NCBI GenBank assembly: GCA_035571875.1
Contig: DATNBR010000027.1
Coordinates: 3,780-67,779 of the forward strand
Source of the DNA: Lacisediminihabitans sp.
Lineage (GTDB): Bacteria > Actinomycetota > Actinomycetes > Actinomycetales > Microbacteriaceae
Reading direction: 5' to 3'
Length of the DNA stretch: 64,000 nt
Below the pieces are notes generated by a model, which was given only the letters and a program-made list of their open reading frames with translations, ran no database searches and was not told where the DNA came from. Every line of letters begins with the position of its first letter. Position 1 is the stretch's first letter. Made by a program: the position numbers and the translations under genes. Of this stretch, positions 43,473-53,688 are shown one piece after another.

Positions 43473-44159
43473 TCAGTCCTCGACGTACGGCGCGTCGATC
43501 GTGTTGGCGTCTCCGTCGCCCGGGTGCAGCATGTGCCGCGCCTCGCGCCGTGCGATCACCTTCTTGACCAGCACCACGAGAACGAGGAAGACGACCACGA
43601 CCGCGACGAAGACATAGCCGGCGAAGTGCAGTCGTTCCGCCAGGTGCCGGTAGGAGTCCGCGGCGGCCCAGCCCATGCTCACATAGGCGAGCGCCCATAC
43701 GACGCAGGCCGGAGTCGTCCACGCGATGAACTTGCGATACCGCATGGTGCTCATGCCGACCGTGAGCGGGATGAGCGAGTGGAGCACCGGCAGAAAGCGC
43801 GAGATGAACACCGCGATGCCACCGCGCCGGTCGAGGTAGTTCTCCGCCCGCACCCAGTGCGCCTCGCCGATGCGCCGACCGAGCCAGCTGGCACGAATCT
43901 TGGGCCCGAAATAGTGGCCGAGCGCGAAACCAACGCTCTCGCCGCCGAGCGCGCCGGCGATGACGGCGAACAGCAGCGCGACGTACTCGATCCAGTTCGT
44001 CGTCGCCGTCGCCGCCACGAGCACGATCGTGTCTCCCGGCACGATGAGGCCGATCAGGATGGAGGTCTCGCAGAAGATGCCCACGGCGGCGAGCAGGATG
44101 CGCAGCACCGGATCGACGTCGCGCACCGTGTTCAAGATCCAGTCGAGCGCTTCGTTCAT
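43473..44159 (-). CDS. DedA-family (SNARE-associated/VTT domain) membrane protein
   Basis: 228 aa. ETSILIGLIVPGDTIV...GGIAVFISRFLPVLHSLIPLTVG are typical DedA motifs. Confidence 0.85.
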   Translation of the reverse strand: MNEALDWILNTVRDVDPVLRILLAAVGIFCETSILIGLIVPGDTIVLVAATATTNWIEYVALLFAVIAGALGGESVGFALGHYFGPKIRASWLGRRIGEAHWVRAENYLDRRGGIAVFISRFLPVLHSLIPLTVGMSTMRYRKFIAWTTPACVVWALAYVSMGWAAADSYRHLAERLHFAGYVFVAVVVVFLVLVVLVKKVIARREARHMLHPGDGDANTIDAPYVED

Positions 44160-44977
44160 CGCGACGGCACCGGCTTTCTCAGGGTGTCGAGCAGGCTACG
44201 CCAGCGTGCCAGGCGCCCCGGCTGTTCGGCGGTCGAGGGGCCATCGATCCACGACACCACGATCCGGATGCCGTGAAGTGCGTTCACCGCCCACACCTCC
44301 AGTCCCTCGAGTTCCTCCGGTGTCACCGCCTCGTAGGAGAGTTTCACCCCGAGCGCGGTCGCGAGCGCCAGAATGCTCCTCCCTGTGACGCTGTCGATGC
44401 GCTCGAACTCCTCGGCCGGGGTGCAGAGAATATCGCCGCGCCACCAGAACAACGCGGTGTGTGCGCCCTCGACGACGAATCCCAGCGCTGAGAGCAGCAC
44501 CGCATCATCCGCCCCGAGTGCCTGTACCTCCGTGCGGATGCGGAGCATGGAAGCGAGGTCTGGGCCCTTGATCGGCGGCACCGTGCGCGGATCGTCGCCG
44601 TGGTAGGTGGCGAGCACGAGGGAGCGCGAGCGTTCGGGCGCGCTTCGCAGTCGAAACTGCAGGTGCGGAGCGCCGCGGAGGGAGACCAGCTCGACCCGGG
44701 GAAACCAGTCCCCTGAGGTCGGGATCGCCGCGATCGCGGCATCCCAGAAGCCCTCGGCGATCGCCGGGTCGAATCCGCGCGCGGCAATCGACGAGAAGAA
44801 CCGGGATCGATGCAGGTCGAGCGCGAGCACGAGGCCCTCGCTGACCAGCCAGGAATCCGCGACCTCGAGCGTGAGTTCGGCGGGGTCGCAGTAGTCGAGA
44901 AGCTCGAGTTCGTCGCGCTGCCAGCGGTACAGACCTGCGACCCGCGACGCAGCACCGGGTGAATCTCCTCCGCTCAT
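44156..44977 (-). CDS. Class IV aminotransferase-fold protein, probable aminodeoxychorismate lyase
   Basis: 273 aa with a class-IV-like C-terminal half (GFVVEGAHTALFWWRGDILCTP...SVTGRSIL). Divergent from pabB. ATGA overlap with the DedA gene. Confidence 0.65.
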   Translation of the reverse strand: MSGGDSPGAASRVAGLYRWQRDELELLDYCDPAELTLEVADSWLVSEGLVLALDLHRSRFFSSIAARGFDPAIAEGFWDAAIAAIPTSGDWFPRVELVSLRGAPHLQFRLRSAPERSRSLVLATYHGDDPRTVPPIKGPDLASMLRIRTEVQALGADDAVLLSALGFVVEGAHTALFWWRGDILCTPAEEFERIDSVTGRSILALATALGVKLSYEAVTPEELEGLEVWAVNALHGIRIVVSWIDGPSTAEQPGRLARWRSLLDTLRKPVPSR

Positions 44978-44988
44978 AGAGTTAGGTT

Positions 44989-46377
44989 ATGCGCCCCCAC
45001 GTCATTCGACATCAGTTGGAACCCTGGTTCGACCCTGATGTCGTGTTCGCCGCGCTCTACGCGAGGAGCGACCGCGCATTCTGGCTCGATGCGGGTCGCG
45101 CGGCGGCGACGGGGTTCAGCTATCTCGGGGAGGGCACGCGACTCGTGACCGCATCGCTCGCCACGCGGTCACTGAGCGGAACGAACGACGCAGAGGCCGC
45201 CCAGGGCGACATCTTCGAGTTCCTGGGGGAGCAACAACGTGCGGGCGTAGACAGCGGCGGCGCGGGCGGATTCGGGCTCGGCTGGGTCGGTTGGTTCGGC
45301 TACGAGCTGCGCTCCACGACAATGGGCATGCACAGTCGACCGGATGCGCGCACCTCCCGCTACCCCGACGCCGCCTGGCTCGAGGTGCTCCGCATGATCG
45401 AGTTCGATCACGCCGCGCACACCGTGACGCTCGTCGCGCTCGGCGAGGACTGGTCGGGGGAGCAGGGGGAGTGGCGCGACGGTGTGAGCGCCGCACTCGC
45501 GCACGCGCGCCCGGTGCAAGCGGTGGCGCCCGCGCCGGCCCGCGGCGTCCGGTGGAGCTACCCCGATGACGAGTACCTCGCGATGATCCGGGAGTGCCAG
45601 GCCGCGATCGGGCGCGGGGACGCCTATCAACTGTGCCTGACCACGGAGGTCGAGGTGGACATCCATGCCGACCCCGCCGCAACCTATCTCGCGCTGCGGG
45701 AGACAAGTCCCAGTCACCACGGCGGCTATCTGCGGGCAGGCGAGTTCTCGCTGCTGAGTTCTTCGCCCGAGATCTTCCTCACCGTGGACACCGACGGCAC
45801 CATCGAGTCGAGGCCGATCAAGGGCACGCGCCGCCGCGGCAGCACCTCGGCGGAGGACGCCGCGCTGCGCGCCGAGCTCGAGGCGAGCGAGAAGGAACGC
45901 GCCGAGAACCTCATGATCGTCGACCTCATGCGCAACGACATCGCGCGGGTGAGCGAGGTGGGCTCGATCAGCGTTCCCGGCCTGCTGGAGGTGGAGAGCT
46001 ACGCACAGGTGCACCAGCTCGTGAGCACCGTGCGCGGTCGTCTGCGGAGCGGGCTTCGACCGGTGGATGCGGTGCTGGCCTGCTTTCCGGCCGGGTCCAT
46101 GACCGGTGCGCCGAAGTCGAGTGCGACGAGTATCCTCGACGGGCTGGAGCGACGACCGCGCGGCGTCTACTCGGGCGCCTTCGGATACGTCGGGCTGAAC
46201 GGGCGGATCGAACTCGCCATGGTCATCCGCAGTATCGTGCTCGATCGGCGCGGTGCCACGATCGGCACAGGCGGTGGAATCACCGCCCTGTCCGTGCCCG
46301 AGGAGGAGCTCGACGAGGTCAAGCTCAAGGCCGCTGCGCTGCTTGCCGTGCTCGGGGCCGGCGCCTCCGGTAGCTGA
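44989..46377 (+). CDS. pabB: Aminodeoxychorismate synthase component I (chorismate-binding enzyme)
   Basis: 462 aa. SPEIFL, PIKGTRRRG, ENLMIVDLMRNDIARV, FPAGSMTGAPK, RGVYSGAFGY. Assigned as PabB rather than TrpE from the adjacent class-IV lyase-like gene. Confidence 0.8.
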   Translation: MRPHVIRHQLEPWFDPDVVFAALYARSDRAFWLDAGRAAATGFSYLGEGTRLVTASLATRSLSGTNDAEAAQGDIFEFLGEQQRAGVDSGGAGGFGLGWVGWFGYELRSTTMGMHSRPDARTSRYPDAAWLEVLRMIEFDHAAHTVTLVALGEDWSGEQGEWRDGVSAALAHARPVQAVAPAPARGVRWSYPDDEYLAMIRECQAAIGRGDAYQLCLTTEVEVDIHADPAATYLALRETSPSHHGGYLRAGEFSLLSSSPEIFLTVDTDGTIESRPIKGTRRRGSTSAEDAALRAELEASEKERAENLMIVDLMRNDIARVSEVGSISVPGLLEVESYAQVHQLVSTVRGRLRSGLRPVDAVLACFPAGSMTGAPKSSATSILDGLERRPRGVYSGAFGYVGLNGRIELAMVIRSIVLDRRGATIGTGGGITALSVPEEELDEVKLKAAALLAVLGAGASGS

Positions 46378-46485
46378 GCCGCGCATCCGCCCAGTAATCT
46401 TGAAGACTGGGCCGTGCCTCGCGCATTCGTCGGGCACACGATCAAGGGCGATCCGGCTACTTCCGCGATGAATTGAGAGTCCCCT

Positions 46486-49056
46486 TTGGCATACGACCAC
46501 GACAACGCTGAGCACGATTCCGACTACAACGTCGCCCAGCTGCAAGAGAAATGGCTCGCGCGCTGGGACGAGCTGAAGCCGTTTCGCACCGACGACCCGA
46601 ACGACAAGCGCCCGCGCAAGTACATCCTCGACATGTTCCCGTACCCCTCGGGCGACCTGCACATGGGCCACGCGGAGGCCTTCGCGCTCGGTGACGTCGT
46701 CGCTCGGTACTGGCGCCAGCAGGGTTTCCGGGTGCTGCATCCGATCGGCTGGGACTCCTTCGGTCTGCCGGCGGAGAACGCGGCCATCAAGCGCGGCGTC
46801 GATCCGCGCGAGTGGACCTACTCGAACATCGAGCAGCAGAAGCAGAGCATGCGACGCTATGCCGCATCCTTCGACTGGGATCGCGAGCTGCACACGAGCG
46901 ACCCCGAGTACTACAAGTGGAATCAGTGGCTGTTCCTCAAGCTCTACGAGAAGGGCCTCGCCTACCGCAAGGACAGCTGGGTCAACTGGGACCCGATCGA
47001 CCAGACCGTGCTCGCGAACGAGCAGGTGCTGCCCGACGGCACGTCCGACCGCTCCGGCGCCGTCGTGGTCAAGAAGAAGCTGACGCAGTGGTATTTCAAG
47101 ATCACCGACTACGCCGACAGGCTGCTTGACGACCTGAATCAGCTCGAGGGCGCCTGGCCGGCCAAGGTGCTGAGCATGCAGCGCAACTGGATCGGTCGTT
47201 CGACCGGTGCGGATGTCGACTTCGTGATCGAGGGCGGCCTCGGCGCCGGATTCGACGGCAGGGTCACCGTGTTCACGACGAGGCCCGACACGCTCTACGG
47301 AGCCACCTTCATGGTCGTCGCTCCCGAGTCCGAACTGGCCGCCGAACTCGTCTCCGCGGCCACGCCCGAGGTGCAGAAGGACTTCGCCGACTACCTCGTG
47401 CAGGTGCAGAAGAAGACCGAGATCGAGCGGCAGGATGCGAGTCGTGAGAAGACGGGAGTTCCGCTCGGTCGCTTCGCCATCAACCCCGCCAATGGGGAGC
47501 GCATCCCGATCTGGGCCGCGGACTATGTGCTCGCAGACTACGGTCACGGCGCGGTCATGGCGGTTCCCGCGCACGACCAGCGCGACCTCGACTTCGCCCG
47601 CAAGTTTTCGCTTCCGGTACGCGTGGTCGTTGACACGAATGCTCCCGTGACGGGCGCGATCCCGGTGATCGTCGACGGTGAGCTTCCCGACGACCTGCCA
47701 CCGCTCGACCCGGCATCCACCGGCATCGCCCTCGCGGGCGAGGGGCGGATGATCAACTCCGGTCCGCTGAACGGCCTCAGCAAGAGCAACGCGATCCACC
47801 GCATCATCGAGCAGCTCGGGGCGGCCGGCACCGGTCGCGCCGCCAAGACCTACCGCCTGCGTGACTGGCTCATCTCACGCCAGCGCTTCTGGGGAACGCC
47901 TATCCCGATCATCCACGGTGAGGACGGTGAGCTGATCCCCGTTCCCGAGGACCAGCTGCCGGTGCGGCTGCCCTCGACCGAGGGTCTCGACCTGAAGCCC
48001 AAGGGCACCTCCCCGCTCGGTGCCGCCGAGGAATGGGTGAACGTGCCGAATCCGAAGGACGGCACCCCGGCCAGGCGCGACCCCGACACGATGGACACCT
48101 TCGTCGACAGCTCCTGGTATTTTCTGCGCTTCCTCGACCCGAACGATGACTCGAAGGCGTTCGATCCGGCCGAGGCGGACCGCTGGGCGCCCGTCGACCA
48201 ATATGTCGGCGGAGTCGAGCACGCCATCCTGCACCTGCTCTACGCGCGCTTCATCACGAAGGTGCTCTACGACCTCGGCTACGTCGGCTTCACCGAGCCG
48301 TTCAGCGCGTTGCTCAACCAGGGCATGGTGCTCTCCGGCGGCTCGAAGATGTCGAAGAGTAAGGGCGGCGTGAATCTCGGCGATGAGATCGACGCTCACG
48401 GTGTCGATGCGATTCGACTCACGATGGCCTTCGCCGGCCCGCCGGAGGACGACATCAACTGGGAGGATGTTTCGCCCGCCGGTTCCGCGAAGTTCCTCGC
48501 CAGAGCGTGGCGCCTCGCCGACGACGTGACGAGCAGCAAGGAGATCGAGTGGAAGACGGGGGATGTCGCACTGCGGCGCGTCACCCACCGCTTCCTCTCC
48601 GAGGCTCCGGGGCTTATCGAGTCGTTCAAGTTCAACGTCGTGGTTGCGAAGCTCATGGAGCTTGTCAGCGCCACCCGCAAGGTGATTGACAGCGGAGCAG
48701 GGCCGGCGGATGCCGCGGTGCGCGAGGCGACGGAAACGGTCGCCCTCGCCCTCAGCCTTTTCGCCCCCTACACGGCCGAGGAGATGTGGGAGAAGCTCGG
48801 ATACCCGCCCTCCGTCGCGTTGTACGGTTGGCGCAAGGCTGACCCCACGCTGCTGGTGCAGAGCTCGGTGACCGCGGTCGTGCAGGTGGACGGCAAGGTG
48901 CGCGATCGTCTCGAAGTGCCGCCGACCATCGACCCCGCAGAGCTCGAGCGACTCGCTCGCGAACTCGGCCCCGTCGTTCGCTCGGTCGGCGATCGAGAGA
49001 TCGCCTCGGTCATCGTGCGCGCACCGCGACTGGTCAACATCGTCACCAAGCACTGA
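46486..49056 (+). CDS. leuS: Leucine--tRNA ligase
   Basis: 856 aa. [12 protein letters not shown] (HIGH), KMSKSKGG (KMSKS). TTG start as given in the ORF track. Confidence 0.95.
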   Translation: MAYDHDNAEHDSDYNVAQLQEKWLARWDELKPFRTDDPNDKRPRKYILDMFPYPSGDLHMGHAEAFALGDVVARYWRQQGFRVLHPIGWDSFGLPAENAAIKRGVDPREWTYSNIEQQKQSMRRYAASFDWDRELHTSDPEYYKWNQWLFLKLYEKGLAYRKDSWVNWDPIDQTVLANEQVLPDGTSDRSGAVVVKKKLTQWYFKITDYADRLLDDLNQLEGAWPAKVLSMQRNWIGRSTGADVDFVIEGGLGAGFDGRVTVFTTRPDTLYGATFMVVAPESELAAELVSAATPEVQKDFADYLVQVQKKTEIERQDASREKTGVPLGRFAINPANGERIPIWAADYVLADYGHGAVMAVPAHDQRDLDFARKFSLPVRVVVDTNAPVTGAIPVIVDGELPDDLPPLDPASTGIALAGEGRMINSGPLNGLSKSNAIHRIIEQLGAAGTGRAAKTYRLRDWLISRQRFWGTPIPIIHGEDGELIPVPEDQLPVRLPSTEGLDLKPKGTSPLGAAEEWVNVPNPKDGTPARRDPDTMDTFVDSSWYFLRFLDPNDDSKAFDPAEADRWAPVDQYVGGVEHAILHLLYARFITKVLYDLGYVGFTEPFSALLNQGMVLSGGSKMSKSKGGVNLGDEIDAHGVDAIRLTMAFAGPPEDDINWEDVSPAGSAKFLARAWRLADDVTSSKEIEWKTGDVALRRVTHRFLSEAPGLIESFKFNVVVAKLMELVSATRKVIDSGAGPADAAVREATETVALALSLFAPYTAEEMWEKLGYPPSVALYGWRKADPTLLVQSSVTAVVQVDGKVRDRLEVPPTIDPAELERLARELGPVVRSVGDREIASVIVRAPRLVNIVTKH

Positions 49057-49077
49057 GCACTGAGCACCGAGCACTGA
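49050..49077 (+). repeat. Four tandem heptamers GCACTGA GCACTGA GCACCGA GCACTGA spanning the leuS stop codon
   Basis: Read directly from the sequence. The TGA in the first unit (49054..49056) is the leuS stop. Confidence 0.9.
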
Positions 49078-49173
49078 GTTGACCTCTCCTCCCACGCCGG
49101 CATGATGCAGCAGTTGCGCACCGCTGTGCGCCGTCGTGATTCAAGGCGTCGCGAGGGCCCATAGCGTTTCGGC

Positions 49174-49818
49174 ATGACGTCATCCGGCCGCCTTGTGGCA
49201 CACGGCAGGAGCCGGATGAAGTTGGGCCTCGGGGCTGCCGTCGTGCTGCTCATCGCCGCTCTCGCTATCGCCGTGTTGGTCAGCACGATGGGCTCGCACG
49301 GTGCGACCCAGTCGATTTCCCCGACCGCGCTGCCGACCGGTTCTTCGAGCGGAGCGCCTGCTGGAGGGCCTCGTGCGGCGAAAGCGGGCGCGGCGATCTT
49401 CGTCCATGTGGTGGGCGCCGTCGCACACCCGGGACTGTTCTCGCTGAGGGATGGCGACCGCGTCGTGGACGCCGTCGCCGCGGCGGGTGGCTTCGCCGAG
49501 ACCGCGGACCAGGCCCAGGTCAACCTCGCGCGCTTCGTCTCCGACGGTGAGCAGCTCGTGGTGCCGGTGATCGGCGCGGCCCCGACCGCGGGCACTGGAC
49601 CCGGCGCAGGACCGGGCGTCAGCGGCGGCAAGGTGAACCTCAACACCGCAGACCTCAGCACCCTCGAGACGCTGCCGAGGGTTGGGCCGGCGATGGCGCA
49701 GCGCATCATTGACTGGCGCACGAGCAACGGCAGATTCTCCTCGGTTGAAGACCTCATGAGCATCACCGGTGTGGGGGACAAGACTTTCCAGCAACTCAAA
49801 GATCTCGTGACCGTGTGA
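49174..49818 (+). CDS. comEA: ComEA-family DNA-binding protein (SLBB plus helix-hairpin-helix)
   Basis: N-terminal TM anchor. C-terminal VNLNTADLSTLETLPRVGPAMAQRIIDWR...GRFSSVEDL..ITGVGDKTF. Confidence 0.85.
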   Translation: MTSSGRLVAHGRSRMKLGLGAAVVLLIAALAIAVLVSTMGSHGATQSISPTALPTGSSSGAPAGGPRAAKAGAAIFVHVVGAVAHPGLFSLRDGDRVVDAVAAAGGFAETADQAQVNLARFVSDGEQLVVPVIGAAPTAGTGPGAGPGVSGGKVNLNTADLSTLETLPRVGPAMAQRIIDWRTSNGRFSSVEDLMSITGVGDKTFQQLKDLVTV

Positions 49819-52190
49819 GCGCGGACCTTCGCCTTGCGCTCCCCGTCGGCGTCGCCTGGATCGCGGCCGCGGTCCTGCTGGCGATTCCGGCGGCTCTCGC
49901 GCCCGCGGCGATCGTGGCGTGGGCAGTCGCGGCCCTCTGTGCGACCGCCGCAGTGCTGAGCAGGCGGCGCGTCGCAACCGCGGTGCTAGCCGTGCTTGTG
50001 GTTGCGGCAGGAGCGGTCGGCCTCGTGCTGGGAGTGGCCGCCGCGCATCTCGACAGCCGCAGCCCGAAGGTGTTGCTGCAGGCCGCATCCGCCGGAAGAT
50101 TCGTGCATGCTACGGCCGTGACCACACAGACGGTGCAGCCCGGCGCGCCGAGGTTCACCGCGACGCTCGACTCGGTGGCGATCGGGGGCAGGCAGCTCGG
50201 CGTATCGACGCCGGTGACGGTATTCGCCGCGGACGCCGCGCAGAAGACGGGGTCGAAGGCGGCGCAGGGCGCGCGACTTGGGATCGGCACGACCATCCTT
50301 CTCGGGGGCACCATGGCGGCGACCGGACCGGGCGACGATGTCTCGTTCCTGTTCTTCGCTTCGTCGCCCCCGAGCGTGAGCACCGGTCCGCCCTGGTACC
50401 TCGCCTGGGCCGACGGGTTGCGAGCGGGGTTCGCGGATGCGGCGGCCGCGCTGCCGGGGGACGGCGGCGGCCTGCTTCCCGGCCTCGCCATCGGCGACAC
50501 GAGCGCCGTGGACCCGACGCTCGGCTCCGCGATGAAGTCGAGCTCGCTCAGCCACCTCACCGCCGTCTCTGGAGCGAATTGCGCCGTCGTCATCGCGCTC
50601 GTGATGGCGGCCGGGGGAGCGCTCCGTCTTGCCCGCGGGTGGCGCATCGGCGCCGCGCTCGTGACGCTCGTGGGCTTCGTCGTGCTCGTCACTCCGCAGC
50701 CGAGCGTGCTGCGGGCCGCCGTGATGGCGGCGCTCGTGCTGGCGGCGATGGCGAGTGGCAGACCGGTGCGGGGGCTGCCCGTGCTCGCGCTCGCGGTGCT
50801 CGGACTCCTGGTCGCAGACCCGTGGCTCGCGCGAAGTTACGGATTCGTGCTCTCGGTGCTCGCCACCGGTGGGCTGCTGCTGCTCGCCAGGCCGCTCGCC
50901 GCTCTACTTTCGAGGTGGCTGCCCTCCGCGCTGGCGCTCGTCATTGCCGTTCCGCTCGCCGCGCAACTGGCCTGCCAGCCCGTGCTCATCCTGCTGAACC
51001 CGTCGATTCCGCTGTACGCAGTACCGGCGAACGTGCTCGCCGAGCCTGCTGCACCCGTCGCGACGGTGCTCGGCCTGATCGCCTGCGTGATGATGCCCTG
51101 GTTGCCCGGCCTCGGCATCCTCATTGCACGGCTGGCGTGGGTGCCGTCGAGCTGGATCGCGGGGGTGGCACGGTTCTTCGACTCACTGCCGGGCAGGAGC
51201 ATCCCGTGGCCCGCGGGCGGCGTCGGTGTCGCTCTCGTCGCCGCGATCATCCTGTTGGGCCTCGTCGTCGCCCTCCTGCGCGGCGCTCGACATCGTCGGT
51301 GGCGTGGACTCGCGGCGTTGATGCTCGCCCTGCTCCTCGTCGGTGTGACGGGAGTTGCCGCAGGTGACCGGCTGCGGAAGACGCTCCTTCGCCCGCAGGA
51401 CTGGCAGATCGCCGCCTGCGACATCGGCCAGGGCGACGCCGTGCTGGTCAGGAGCGCCGGGCGAGTTGCGCTCATCGACACGGGGCCCGATCCGGCACTG
51501 CTCCACCGCTGCCTCGACGTGCTCGGCATCGGGCGCATCGACCTGCTCGTGCTGACCCATTACGACCTCGACCACGTGGGTGGCACCTCCGCGGTCGTCG
51601 GCATCGTGGACCGAGCCATGATCGGCCCACCGGCCGATCGGCACGATGTGCGGCTCGCCGAGCAGGTGCGACGAGGCGGCGCCACGGTCACGCAGGTGAG
51701 CCGGGGCGAGACGGGAGAGCTCGGTGAACTTCGCTGGACCGTGCTGTGGCCGCCCGTGAGGGCGGGACTCGTCGAGCCAGGCAACGACTCGAGCGTGACC
51801 CTCGAGTTCGCGGGAATCGGTGCGTGCGCGAACGGATGCCTCACCTCGCTCTTCCTCGGCGACCTCGGTGACGAGCCTCAGGCACGGATGCTCGCGGCCA
51901 ATCGCGGTCTCGGTCACGTCGACGTCGTCAAGGTCGCCCATCACGGTTCGGCGGATCAGGACCCGGCGCTCTACGAGCGCGTCACGGCGACCGTGGGCCT
52001 CATCAGCGTCGGGGCGAACAACCGCTATGGGCACCCGACAGACACGCTGCTGCAGATTCTGGCGCGGGTCGGCACCATCGCCGAGCGCACCGATCGGCAG
52101 GGGATGGTGCTCGTGTCGCCGCGACCGAAGGGCGGCATGAGCGTGTGGTCGGAGCGACCGGCGTCCGCGGGCGTCGGTGCCCGCGAATAA
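49815..52190 (+). CDS. comEC: ComEC/Rec2 DNA internalisation channel protein with C-terminal metallo-beta-lactamase domain
   Basis: 791 aa. Polytopic competence domain, then QGDAVLV...THYDLDHVGG...VAHHGS. GTG start overlaps the comEA stop. Confidence 0.9.
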   Translation: MSADLRLALPVGVAWIAAAVLLAIPAALAPAAIVAWAVAALCATAAVLSRRRVATAVLAVLVVAAGAVGLVLGVAAAHLDSRSPKVLLQAASAGRFVHATAVTTQTVQPGAPRFTATLDSVAIGGRQLGVSTPVTVFAADAAQKTGSKAAQGARLGIGTTILLGGTMAATGPGDDVSFLFFASSPPSVSTGPPWYLAWADGLRAGFADAAAALPGDGGGLLPGLAIGDTSAVDPTLGSAMKSSSLSHLTAVSGANCAVVIALVMAAGGALRLARGWRIGAALVTLVGFVVLVTPQPSVLRAAVMAALVLAAMASGRPVRGLPVLALAVLGLLVADPWLARSYGFVLSVLATGGLLLLARPLAALLSRWLPSALALVIAVPLAAQLACQPVLILLNPSIPLYAVPANVLAEPAAPVATVLGLIACVMMPWLPGLGILIARLAWVPSSWIAGVARFFDSLPGRSIPWPAGGVGVALVAAIILLGLVVALLRGARHRRWRGLAALMLALLLVGVTGVAAGDRLRKTLLRPQDWQIAACDIGQGDAVLVRSAGRVALIDTGPDPALLHRCLDVLGIGRIDLLVLTHYDLDHVGGTSAVVGIVDRAMIGPPADRHDVRLAEQVRRGGATVTQVSRGETGELGELRWTVLWPPVRAGLVEPGNDSSVTLEFAGIGACANGCLTSLFLGDLGDEPQARMLAANRGLGHVDVVKVAHHGSADQDPALYERVTATVGLISVGANNRYGHPTDTLLQILARVGTIAERTDRQGMVLVSPRPKGGMSVWSERPASAGVGARE

Positions 52191-52231
52191 GCTTGATCGC
52201 GAGCGAACGCTCGACAAGCAGGAGGTGCGCG

Positions 52232-53272
52232 GTGGCAGTCAGGTCCACTCCCGGCAAGGCCGGTAGGTCGCCCTCAAAGGTCTCGGTCGTCATCCCGCAG
52301 CTCGGCTGGCAACAGGTGCGCCCCGCCCCCGTGATCCTCGTGTCGGGCACGGAGTCCGTGCTCGCCGACCGCGCCATCCGGCTGCTGCGTGACACGCTCA
52401 AGGCCGAGGACCCGAGCCTCGAGGTGAGCGACATCGAGGCAGACGCGTACGCACCCGGTGAGTTGCTCACGGTGGCGAGCCCCTCGCTCTTCGGTGAGCC
52501 ACGATTCATCCGCGCGACCGCCGTGGAGAAGTGCACCGACGCCTTCATCGCCGAGGTCATGGAGTACCTCGAGTCCCCGGCCGACGACACCTACCTGCTC
52601 CTGCGCCACGCCGGGGGAGTGCGAGGCAAGAAGCTGCTCGACGCGCTGCGCGGCGGACTCGGCTCGGGCATCGAGATCGTCTGCGCCGAACTCAAGAAAG
52701 ACACCGAAAAGTTCGACTTCGCGGCCGCGGAGTTCGCCTCGGCGGGCAGGCGCGTGACATCCGGTGCCCTGCGTGCGCTCACCGCCGCCTTCAGCGACGA
52801 CCTCTCCGAGCTCGCCTCGGCCTGCCAGCAGCTCCTCGCCGACGCGAGCGAGGAGATCACCGAGCAGACGGTGGAGAAGTACTACTCGGGCAGGGTGGAG
52901 ACCAACGCGTTCCGGGTGGCGGATGTCGCCATCGCCGGACGACACGGCGAGGCTCTCATCCTGCTCCGGCACGCACTCGCCTCCGGAGCAGACCCCGTGC
53001 CCATGGTCGCGGCCTTCGCGAGCAAGCTTCGCACCATGGCGAAGATCTCCGGCGCTCGCGGGGGTTCGGGGCAACTCGCCCAGCAGTTCGGGCTCGCACC
53101 CTGGCAGGTCGATCGTGCGCGTCGCGATCTGCAGGGCTGGGACGAGGCCGGTCTCGGCCGTTCGATCGAGCTCCTCGCCGAAACGGATGCCGCGGTCAAG
53201 GGCGCCGAGCGCGATCCGGTCTTCGCGCTGGAGCGCATGGTGGGCGTCATCAGCGCCCGCGGCATCCTGTAG
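52232..53272 (+). CDS. holA: DNA polymerase III subunit delta
   Basis: Start GTG 52232, preceded by GCAGGAGG. PVILVSGTESVLADRAI...SLFGEPRFI... is typical HolA, in the conserved position after comEC. The track ORF start at 52145 overlaps comEC. Confidence 0.85.
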   Translation: MAVRSTPGKAGRSPSKVSVVIPQLGWQQVRPAPVILVSGTESVLADRAIRLLRDTLKAEDPSLEVSDIEADAYAPGELLTVASPSLFGEPRFIRATAVEKCTDAFIAEVMEYLESPADDTYLLLRHAGGVRGKKLLDALRGGLGSGIEIVCAELKKDTEKFDFAAAEFASAGRRVTSGALRALTAAFSDDLSELASACQQLLADASEEITEQTVEKYYSGRVETNAFRVADVAIAGRHGEALILLRHALASGADPVPMVAAFASKLRTMAKISGARGGSGQLAQQFGLAPWQVDRARRDLQGWDEAGLGRSIELLAETDAAVKGAERDPVFALERMVGVISARGIL

Positions 53273-53294
53273 CGGCTCGCGCGCGGAGATGCAA

Positions 53295-53320
53295 AGGGCC
53301 CCCGCCGAAGCGAGGGCCCT
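53295..53320. terminator. Hairpin AGGGCCC-N12-GGGCCCT between convergent holA and rpsT
   Basis: 7-bp stem, with additional CGC/GCG inner pairs around a CGAA loop. Confidence 0.5.
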
Positions 53321-53338
53321 GTGTGAAGTGTGTGTCGA

Positions 53339-53599
53339 CTAGAGCGACGCGACCTGCTTGGCGATGGCCGACTTGCGGTTCGCCGCCTGGTTCTTGTGCA
53401 GCACGCCCTTGCTGGCGGCCTTGTCGAGCTTCTTCGTCGCGACGAGAAGGGCGGCGGCGGCCTTGTCCTTGTCGCCGGCCACGACCGCCTCGCGGGTCGC
53501 GCGAATGGCGGTCTTGACCTCGCTCCGCACGGCCTTGTTGCGATCCGTCGCCTTCTTGTTGGTGAGGATGCGCTTCATCTGCGACTTGATATTTGCCAC
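53339..53599 (-). CDS. rpsT: 30S ribosomal protein S20
   Basis: 86 aa from GTG 53599 ((M)[32 protein letters not shown]...), with AGAAGG upstream. The track ORF includes 21 extra upstream codons with poor coding bias. Confidence 0.9.
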   Translation of the reverse strand: MANIKSQMKRILTNKKATDRNKAVRSEVKTAIRATREAVVAGDKDKAAAALLVATKKLDKAASKGVLHKNQAANRKSAIAKQVASL

Positions 53600-53644
53600 G
53601 TCTATAACCTTCTGTTGTTCCGAATGTTTCTTGGGCAGCCGCGT

Positions 53645-53688
53645 CATCGTTACGAGACGCATCGTTACGAGACGATCGTTACGAGACG
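53645..53688. repeat. Three tandem copies of a 15-nt unit (CATCGTTACGAGACG x2 plus ATCGTTACGAGACG) in the rpsT-lepA divergent region
   Basis: Read directly from the sequence. Lies 46-90 nt upstream of the rpsT start, on the rpsT side of the 288-nt gap. Confidence 0.9.

Noticed and set aside
46378-46485. T-box or other leader upstream of leuS
   Set aside because: The region is only 108 nt with one weak GTGCC/GGCAC stem. It has no specifier-loop or T-box sequence, and T-box control of leuS is not expected in this phylum.
45169-47799. 876-aa ORF on the minus strand spanning pabB, the intergenic gap and leuS
   Set aside because: It is antisense to two genes with unmistakable family signatures and crosses an intergenic region. 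The protein is Arg/Gly/Asp/His-rich low-complexity sequence, typical of shadow ORFs in very GC-rich DNA.
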